Below, one piece after another: positions 23,898 through 33,003 of a stretch of DNA of 51,866 nucleotides. Below the pieces are notes generated by a model. The model saw nothing but the letters and a program-made list of their open reading frames with translations, had not been told where the DNA came from and did no database searches. The DNA is from Octopus bimaculoides (Eukaryota). How positions within the stretch are numbered: the stretch's first letter is position 1; each line of letters opens with the position of its first letter. The stretch is taken from assembly GCF_001194135.2 (NCBI RefSeq), contig NC_068986.1, positions 5,686,996 to 5,738,861 of the forward strand, in the 5' to 3' direction. Position numbers and translations under genes: made by a program.

Positions 23898-25108
23898 ACT
23901 TTTTTTATTAAGTATTGAACAAAAAAGGAAAAGTACATTATTGACTAAGAAAAAAAAGGGAGTCACTTGTGCCTGGCGACTACGGCAACACGCCTCGCCG
24001 GTAGGGCGTATATACCACCAGTAGGGAATCACTGATCTAAGTCAAATGAAAAGGATCAAGAGAAAATGACATGATATGAAAGTAATGAAACTCGACTAAA
24101 TAAAAAAAGAATTCAACGTAAAATATTCTCTATAGCTTTTTCGCGATCTGCTGGAATGTATCTTTTCCCGATATATCTACGCACCATGCAGTTAGAGTGA
24201 AGAAATTATTGAAATTAGTCATGGCTCATTTTACCCCACTTTAGACATAATTTTTGACAACTGAAAATTATCAAATTAGACAATTAGTGTGGAGAAAAAA
24301 ACTGATTTGAAATCCAGAGAAAAGAATTATTGATTGTTAAACACACAAAAAATTGCCCAGATAATTTCATTAGCAACCTCAATTACAATTTCTTAAAATA
24401 AAAAAAAAATACGTGTCATTTGATTATCTTTCGAACTGTCAACTTCAACTTCTATGCTGACCAATTTTTTACAACCTGTTTTACTCCCTGTAAGGAAAAG
24501 AAGACCAAAAAAATCAGAAATTACTCATTTTTGTCCCTCTTACCCATGTGTTCCCTGTCTAGCAATTTGTTTAAAAGAACATTTTAAAAATACTCTCGAT
24601 CCAGATTGCAATCACTGTGAAAGACATTTCGAAGTTTATGAAGTCATATCTGGAAACTCTGGGACCATCCAAACGACTGCTCTAACATTCCATAGAACAT
24701 CCTTGACAAGCACCCCATCACCTACTCATATGTGAGAGAGACTGCACATACTCTACCATCCATCAATAAGAAAAAAAATTACCTGTCTTACTTTTATTGC
24801 CATCAAGTATAAATTCAGTATGTCATGAACACTAGACAGAAAGCATTGACAGACACTGTAGGAGTTAATCAACAGAAACGGCTGACAACACAAAGACAAT
24901 GAACAGTCAAAGGACGAACGATACTAGAAGTCAGTATTCGGTAAGCAACTGACCACACTTTATCTGCTACTACAACTACACCAAGAACAAAAACTCTCTC
25001 GACGTTTTCTCGCTCATAGTAACGACAACTATCATTTCTCGTGTATGAAAAGAATAAATTGTTGTTCATCAAAATCTCAACAGACTTTATTATTTCTTTC
25101 CGTACAAT

Positions 25109-25150
25109 TGGTGACCCCGACGTGATTTGAACACGCAGCCTTCTGATCTG
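25109..25150 (+). other. Primer-binding site complementary to the 3' half of mature tRNA-Trp(CCA), 42 nt
   Basis: TGGTGACCCCGACGTGATTTGAACACGCAGCCTTCTGATCTG lies 2 nt after the LTR's terminal CA. Its reverse complement, CAGATCAGAAGGCTGCGTGTTCAAATCACGTCGGGGTCACCA, includes the CCA tail. Confidence 0.9.
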
Positions 25151-25398
25151 CGTGGATCGTTTTTCTTGGTAGCCTGAAGCCATCCCTCTTCGAGATATCA
25201 CAGCAGAACAATATCTAAAACTCTCCTTCAACATTATATTGCAATCTTTGGCACACATGCTACCATCACAACAGACAGAGGACGTCAGTTCGCATCCATC
25301 TCTTCTCGGAATCGATACGTCTCTTAGGTTACAAAAGATCTCCTACAACTGCTTACCATCCTGCAGCCAACGATATGGTGGAACGGTTCTTAATGCTT

Positions 25399-25821
25399 TT
25401 AGGAAAGTGGTTATACACCATTAGGTGTATACCCGCTTCCGTACATTAAATTTCTAGAAGAAACAACGGAACGCAGATTCTGAACTATCAACACAACAAT
25501 ATTTATTTACAGAGGAAATAGGCAGCACTTCGCCCTTTGGTTGCTGAGAAAGCTGTCAATGATGTTGAGTGGTTATTTGTCTAGCTCCAGAGTTGGAATG
25601 TTGGAAAGAGCTGTCTCCAGAGTTGGAATGTTGGAGACAGACTGCTTGTACGTCTGAGCTCTCCGTCGGCCGGCGAGAAAAGAGAATGAATAAGGGCGCG
25701 AAACTTGGATGTCGAATGACCACGCATGCGCACGAGACTCTTCCTGTATTCCTTCCGGAACTAGTCCCTGAGCATGCGTGGATAAGCTTTCCGGAATGTC
25801 TACTATTAAGGCGTCACTACA
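25399..25821 (-). mobile_element. Solo-LTR-like insertion (423 bp) nested in the Gypsy integrase
   Basis: 5-bp TSD TGCTT on both sides. On the minus strand it starts TGTAGTGA, has an AATAAA near the 3' end and ends CCTAA (CCTACA minus one base). Contains a 30-bp internal tandem duplication. Confidence 0.7.
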
Positions 25822-26074
25822 TGCTTATCACGACAATAGCAACTGGTTGGAATAACTACCCCTCGTTCTTCTTGGAACTCGTTCTATTGTATATGGCACA
25901 ACACTTTCTTTACCTGGACAAATGATCACTCCTGTTGCTCACAAGGACAGTCCAGACCCAGCAAACTACATTCATCGCCTGCAGTCGGCTACATGTTACG
26001 TTTGCCATCTATTGCTCCGTGTTCTCAGAATGTCACCAAACATCCATTAGATATTCAGCAATGGACTCGTATGT

Positions 26075-26142
26075 ACCAGTGTCCCAAGTTTGAACGTGTT
26101 TCGTTAAGAAAACAAGTGGCGCCCGCCAAATCAGAAAGATCC
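26075..26142. mobile_element. One-ended 68-bp remnant of the GGATC-TIR hAT family inside the Gypsy integrase
   Basis: Matches the last 68 bp of 38188-38945; flanked by a perfect 8-bp duplication TCGTATGT. Confidence 0.8.
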
Positions 26143-27335
26143 TCGTATGTTTGTGCGGAAAGATAGTATTCGGCTTCCACTTCAGCTACCGTATTCAGGA
26201 CCTTTCAAAATTCTCAGCAGAGCGCCAAAGTATTTTGTCCTAGATAGAAAAGACTCGGTCAGCATCGACCGCCTAAAAAAGGCTCACCTTGAGTTTGAAA
26301 TATCAACTCCATAACCTGATGCGACAGCACCAGCACATTCTTCAACTGATACCTCCACGTCTGTTTCGATGACGATAACGCGATCGGGTCGGCGAGTGCA
26401 CTGGCCTTCTCGGCTTGTGCAGTACCGTACGTAAAAAAAAAAAAAGGATTCTGTCAATATTACACTGACCTTACATATTTATTTTTGTTTTGCTTTTATT
26501 TTTCACATTCCTGCTTTTGCGAACTTCTTCATGCATAAGACTGCATTTTCCATGAAAACATCTGATAGTACTCAACAATTTAACATTTTTAATCTTGTAT
26601 TCATCTTTTCTTATTGTATACATTTCACATCTGCATTTGCTGCACTATTATTTCGTTCAATTTATCGTGTCCTGAATTTCACTGCCAGGGAATATTCCCC
26701 GCTCGACCAATATCACAATTCGTAATCAACGAAATCTGACCAATCACGACTTCGCGTCGAATAGGCTTCAACAATGATTTTTTTCTTCTTTTGGCACGTT
26801 TCATTCTGGCTCTATCGACTAGTATAAATTCAGTACGTCATGAACACTAGACAGAAAGCTTTGGTATGCAGCAGAGAAAGCATTGACAGACACTGTATGA
26901 GTTGACCAACAGAGACGGCGGACAACACAAAAGCAATAAACAATCAGAGGACGAACGATACCAGAAGTCAATAACTGGCAAGCAACTAACAACACTTTAT
27001 ACACCAAAAACAAAAACTCTCTCGGCGTTTTGTCACTCATAGTAACGACAACTGTTATTTCTTATGTACGAAAAGAATAAATTGTTGTTTATTAAAATCC
27101 CAACAGACTCCAATATTTCTTTCCGTACAATCTGCACCAAGCTAGTTACCTGAATCTAATTTACTCTAACCAGGTATTACGTGTATGTACATTAAAAATT
27201 ATGAGGGAGTTGAATCGTTGCAAATGGGCATTCAAAGGGGAGGGGTGATAGTTAAAATAGTTTGCAAAACATTACAAGTTGGATACAACGTCAGAAGGAC
27301 GATAAACTTCCTGTATTAGCTTTTGCTGAAGATGT

Positions 27336-28432
27336 TGTAGTGAAACCTCTCTCTCGGGCATTCAATCATAAATGATAACGAAGCTGCTAACATCTAGCTT
27401 TCTGTCCACCATCCTGATTGGTTCTTATTTGCGCGACAATTGTCCCCATGTTCTGCTTGCTAAGGGTGGATTGCGTCCAATCGTGGCCTTCAGATAAGGT
27501 CACGTGTGAGAGAGTTTTTCTGGGTTTCCGGTGAGCCCTATTTCAGCTATAAATAAGCCCGATCCAACGACGGTAGTCTTCTTCGATTCCAGATCTCTCA
27601 CAGGTCTGGTCACTGACCGCACATACAGAACACAGCTACAGCCAGTTCCAGCGCCGACGTCTTCACCACCTATGTACTATCTACCACAATGTCGTGCGCC
27701 AGCAACCCCACCACCAGGTACACACCAATATCAACACACTCGGTTTTATATCGACACTGTTTGAGTGGATTGTTTCCACCACGAGCAATAGTCAGGACTA
27801 ACCAGCGAGAATATTTCGTATCAGGTAAACGGTCACAGCATTCGACGCTCAACACATATTGTGATACCACAGCTCTGTTACTTGGCCACAACTTCCTGCG
27901 TATGTACATTCTATCTCCTTGTGTAACTCTAATACGAACTGGTATTTCTCTATCTCAGTGTTTGAGACTTGTAGTCTATGTTACAGACACTCTTTCTATG
28001 TTCTGTGTTCCTCTCATTCACACGCACACTTGTACTCTCACATATTGTACACACACTATTGCTTATACGACTGTCCGTTACTTCACATTGTTGTATACAT
28101 TCTCTTGTACACGAAGGCCTGACTTATCTACTGTGTTATTTATATGTGTCGCATGCACGCACACTGACACAAACAGTTTCACTATGTTAATAAACTTACT
28201 CTCTCTATATATATCGGTTGTCTGTCCTAAGTTCTTTTACTGGCACTATGGCTCGTATCTCTCACGACGAGCCTTCTATCTTATATATCTTATTTTGTGT
28301 TCGACCGTGCGACATGGTAAAAAGGAGCCGTTTCCGTCTACGTCGCCATCTCTTTTGGTTCGCACGGTTGAATTATTACAATGTAATTTTAAATGATAAT
28401 CTCAAAGACTACTGACACTGTTTTAAACTACA
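27336..28432 (+). mobile_element. Probable solo LTR, about 1.1 kb
   Basis: TGTAGT...ACTACA termini, CCAAT/ATTGG boxes, TATAAATA near 27548, AATAAA near 28188, CpG-rich relative to flanks. No TSD found. Confidence 0.5.
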
Positions 28433-29749
28433 TCTACAAAAGTGGGACTAAAAATTAAAGAATTTAAAAACCTGAGTTATGTTTGTTGGTGATGTGACGC
28501 GTACAATTTATTTAGGTCATCTTGGAAGCTCAGCTTCATATTGTCACACAATTTTTTATCCTAACAGAACAAGCAGTGGAAATATTTTAAAACAAAACCG
28601 CCAGTTAACATATTTACTATATCAAGGTTTTCTTATGGTTTAACAACAACAATACAAAAACTACAGAACAAATAAATAGATACCAAAGTATCTAGCAGTG
28701 TTTTAACTTATCAGGAAGTTTTTATGTTGTGGGTAGTGTGTGATGACAAGATAAAATGTCATCCATTTCATATATAATACATAAACACACAATTACAATA
28801 CACAATGCTCTTTAAAACCTTAGACAGTGTGTAGCAGAAATCCATCAAATTCGAACCTGAGGCAATAAAAGCCTAATTTTCGCACCTAAAGACTAAATGG
28901 AACATTCAAGCAACGTTTTGGCAGACTGACAAAAATCCTGGTGTTTTAGCTCTCTAGAGGGGTTTCTTTTTATTGCTGATGGAGGCCATATACCTTTAGT
29001 CCCACGTTAATATGATTTTCGTCTCTTTTGACAATTTCATATCTTCTTGATTCACACACATATAACAAATTATACGTTATGTGTATTTTAAAATGCTTAA
29101 TAAATGTCGAAGATGATTATTTCTTTTATTCAACATGCGGTATATGAAGTCCTCTTTACATATGCAAACACATTTCAGTCGACACTAATAATTAATATGT
29201 AAAAAAAAAAAAGTAAGTATAAAGATATTCTAAAAGTGTGTTTTTATTTGTATCTGAAGCGACATCAGATACTTATAAATATTTTTGGACCTTTACCTTT
29301 TTTGACTGGCACATTTCGAAAAATTAATTTTTTGCAACTTTCAAACTTCGTATTGGTAGAATGACTGAAACAATAAAATATCAGGTTGAGTAAAAAATAA
29401 GCAACGTTTTGAACCATGAAGAATTTGTACCGGATTTTTGCAGCTTTGAATTTTCTTTAAACTTTTTTTTTTTTTGCAATTGTCTGATAATACGGACATA
29501 GAGCCCAAATGTATCAATAAATTGACATTAATATTTGTTTTCACCGTAGTTCCAATCATCTCCTAGCTTGCTAGTGGGATTTTGTTTGCAGCTGCGTGCC
29601 TACTGTTACATTCCTCGGGATACTGTTGCTTGTTAATCATTGTTACCATTGTTGGATATTGTTACCGTTGGATTGTTATTGCTGTTTTGCCTACGGGCTT
29701 GTAGTTTTTGTTTGTTATTCTTTTCCCTAGTTTGGGGTCAAGAATTTTT

Positions 29750-30300
29750 GAAATGGAGTGTTCAGTAGAACTCGTCGGCGGGTAGTCGCGCGACCAACGC
29801 TTCGAACACATTGGAGGTACGAGAGGTGGCAATAGACCTCGTTAAGCTAGAAAGACACGGGGAGCTGTTCCAGAAGGAGGGGAAAAAGTCTAAGACTGAC
29901 CCATCCGGAAGAAGTAACTAACACCACGAGGAAAAGGATAGTTTTCTAAGGAATGCTGTCCTTAGCCAGCAAAAAGATAGAAATGGTGGCGGAGAAATCC
30001 ATAGAAAAGTGCCTGGAGAGTATAACGAAGGTAGTGACATTTTACACCCGAGGAAGAAGGTACGCACCTCCATCTCTGGCGAAGTCGTCTACAAGCGAGG
30101 AGGAGCCTGGGAAGGAAGAAGAGCAAGAATGGTCACAAGCTAAAAGGAGGAAAACAAAACAAGGTCTGAGGAAAAAAAAAATGTGAATCTCCACCCCTTC
30201 TCCCACCCGATCCAATGCTGTCACACCCTCCCTCTGCAATCACCAACCCTTTCCCTGCCCCTCCTGACACAGACAATAACATAAACAGACAGGTGATTCC
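29750..30300 (+). mobile_element. Possible decayed ORF1/5' region of an L1/Tx1-like non-LTR element
   Basis: GC- and purine-rich island with a broken frame RKRIVF*GMLSLASKKIE...FYTRGRRY followed by acidic, Lys-rich and Pro-rich stretches. Family assignment is weak. Confidence 0.3.
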
Positions 30301-30585
30301 CCTCCCCCCAAGCGTTTTGGTTTAATGGAAAACTGTGGGACAGAAACATTGGACATAGGCGTGACAGCACACGCGAGTAAGTTGCCGCCTAAGTTAAACT
30401 ATCTTAATTGTAAGATTGTAAAAAAAAAAAGTTTAAAAAGTGTAAATGAAGTCACTCGGATGTGGGGTCGAGTGGCTTCATTCCATTTCATTATTCCTTT
30501 TTCTTTTTTCCCATTCGTTTGTCTTTTTTTGTCCCCACTTATGTTTGTATTTGTCCCTCTGTGTTTAGCTCCTTGTAGGTAATAA

Positions 30586-31352
30586 AGAATCCGGCCTTGC
30601 AGTCGTTTACCATAAGCCAGTCGAGGACCTTCTGCGATTCGTTCTGGATCTCCACAACGGTGTTAAAACGACGACCTTTGAGCTGCATTTTCATCTTTGG
30701 GAAAAGATGGAGGTCCGGAATAGGGCGGGTGCAGAAGCAATACCATGTTGTTTTTGATGAGAAACTCACGAGTGGGGAGAGCTCGGTGACAGGGTGCATT
30801 GTTGTCGTGAAGAATCCAATTCTTCGCGCTCCCCAGATCCGGTTGTTTTCGCCGGATGTCCTCCCTCCAACGTTTCAAAACATCGCAATAGAACTCTCGA
30901 TTGACGGTCTGGCCCTGGGGACGAATTTTCGATGTACAATGCCACATTTCCGGGAGTGGCACTCGTAGCAGGTTTTCCAGATCGTTCATTGTCTTCCATG
31001 GACGTTCTTCCGCTTTTGAAGCGCCCGTGCCAGTCGAAACATTCCGTATTACTCATTGCTTCGTCGCCATTAACTTGCCGAAGCATGCTCAATGTCTCTG
31101 TAGCAGACTTTCGAAGATTATAACAAAATTTCACGTTGGATCTTTGTTCCAGCTTCCTGTCCATGACAAAATCGCAGACGACAGCTTACACGTGATCACA
31201 AATTTCACAACTTGCGAAATAAACACAGCGATGTCACTCGGCACACTACCTCATGAAGATCACTGCTAGTTCTCACTGCACACGCAGCTGTGTGCTGCCA
31301 TCTGTTGGCGCGCTGTAGAACTTGTCCGGAAACGTTTTGATCCTACCTCGTA
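30586..31352 (-). mobile_element. Mariner element, internally deleted and truncated at one end
   Basis: TA|CGAGGTAGGATCAAAACGTTTCCGGAC terminus; MDRKLEQRSNVKFC...WHGRFKSGRTSMEDNERSGKP (HTH); GQTVNREFYCDVL, WILHDNNAPCH, HPPYS, FPKMKMQLKGRRF. Confidence 0.9.
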
Positions 31353-32578
31353 TCATGAAGAGAGCCACTCCAGCAGATCGTGAAGAAGTTATAGAGGATA
31401 TTTTTTGTTGAGTTTTTAGATTAAATCGAGTTTCGTTACTTTCATATCATGTGTCATTTTTTCCACGAGCCTCTTTCAATTTGACCAAAAGTTTTGTTGC
31501 ATTTCTGATGTCTGAGAATGGATATTGATGTGTATGAGTCTTTTTTCAAACTTAAGATGTTAGGGATGTGCGCAGAATGGACCTCCGTTTGGGAAATAGA
31601 CTAATGGGAAGATATAGCATTAAACTGTTTGTCCTGTTGATATGATGTAGGCACGGGTAAAAAAAAAATGCGGAGTACGATTGATACTAGCTTTGGGTAC
31701 TAAAAAGGATAAGGGTAAAATACCTCAAGTCCACACAACGACGAAGTTTTCGTCTTGGGTGACGACAATAAGGAACGTATCACATATAATGTGTCAGCAT
31801 AATGAGGCTACAACGCGGAAGAGGCGGACGGAAGGACGACAGAAGAGGGAAAGAGAAGAAGAAATTTACATTGACTTCTAAGACAGACTGAGGCCACCGA
31901 AACTTCTGGAACATTTAATGACGTTGTAAATTTACTTCTGATACCGGTTTGACCCAAGAAGTCAGAAAACCCAGGAGAAATAACTAGCACCGGTTTCACA
32001 CGGGGAGCTGGATTAACCAAACATGCACGATGTTTTAATATCGTGGAAGGAAAATAGAAGTTTATAATTTAGTTTAATATCTCTGAATTATTATTTTTCA
32101 TTTTACCCTTTTATTGTTTTAAAAGGAAAAAAAGAAACAAACACACACACACAAAGAAACAAAAGCACATAATTTAAAAAAAACTCTGCACTTATTTTGG
32201 AATTGGTGACATCTTCTGTGCAATGACTTTATAATTAACAGTATAAGTTAGATTTATGATGAAAATAATACACATATTTAATTAAAGAAGAAGTAAAAAA
32301 TAGAAAAAGAAACGTACATGTCTCTGAAATTAAAACAAAACCACCAACTAAAAATTATTTATATACAAGTCAGCAATAAGTTAAAAGCAGAAAACTTGTT
32401 TTACTTTTCTACTACGTTTCGTCAAGTTAATTCCGTATTTTTATAAGCCCAGTTTGATGCGCCAATGACACCACTTCCCTGTCACATTCACTTTCGTCGA
32501 GACGTTGCGAAAACTCTGCTAAGTTGCGGATTGAAGGTCGCTGTAGCTTTTTTAGTCTTTCCAAAACATTTATCCAGC

Positions 32579-32633
32579 ATGGCTTGGCGATCTAGTGGGA
32601 ATTCTAATTCGCATCTTGTTGAAAATCTCTATC
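32579..32633 (+). CDS. PCMT1: PCMT1 coding exon 1
   Basis: [18 protein letters not shown]+C|gtaagt. Confidence 0.93.
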
Positions 32634-32938
32634 GTAAGTGTAGACTATTTAAATATTTTAATTTACGTAGAATCTGAGAGCATTGGCCCTGTTGCAGAGT
32701 TTCGGTCCTAGATTCGAATATTTACCTTCTCTAAACTTGTCACTTTATGCCAGTTGTTTTAATTTCACCATTGTTATCTATTTATGTGAATCGTTTTGAA
32801 ATTTATCATTCCTAAACCACTATGATTATATTGTAAAGCTGTCTTTTTATTCCTAACCCTAACACCACACTGTCTTTATAAATATCTGATAGTTTACAAA
32901 TGCAGTACAGACTTGCATTCCCTCACATCCAACAGATA

Positions 32939-33003
<65 letters not shown>

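Larger units (their letters stand above)
24800..27129 (+). mobile_element. Internally deleted Gypsy LTR retrotransposon: partial 5' LTR (about 24800-25106), PBS, decayed integrase, 3' LTR (ending 27129)
   Basis: Direct repeats of about 300 bp, both ending TTTCTTTCCGTACA. Integrase motifs CVDRFSW*PEAIPLRDITAE, TITTDRGRQFAS, TAYHPAANDMVERF, LPLVLLG, YGTTLSLPG, PYSGPFKILSR, SVSIDRLKKAHL, TRSGRRVHWP. No gag, PR or RT seen. Confidence 0.88.

Noticed and set aside
25109-25150. tRNA-Trp gene on the minus strand
   Set aside because: Only the 3' half is present, the CCA is encoded (eukaryotic tRNA genes lack it), and it abuts an LTR end, so it is a PBS.
25399-25440. Helitron 3' end (hairpin plus CTAA)
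   Set aside because: The insertion has a 5-bp TSD and starts TGTAG rather than TC, which fits an LTR better.
27689-28396. 235-aa ORF, the longest in the track
   Set aside because: Lies inside a probable solo LTR, has C/T/L/Y-biased low-complexity composition, and shows no domain or splice context.
31680-32040. First exon of a gene divergent from PCMT1 (NUP43 is head-to-head in vertebrates; JKAMP likewise for L3HYPDH)
   Set aside because: No frame resembles NUP43 or JKAMP; frames contain stops and lack a convincing ATG and donor.
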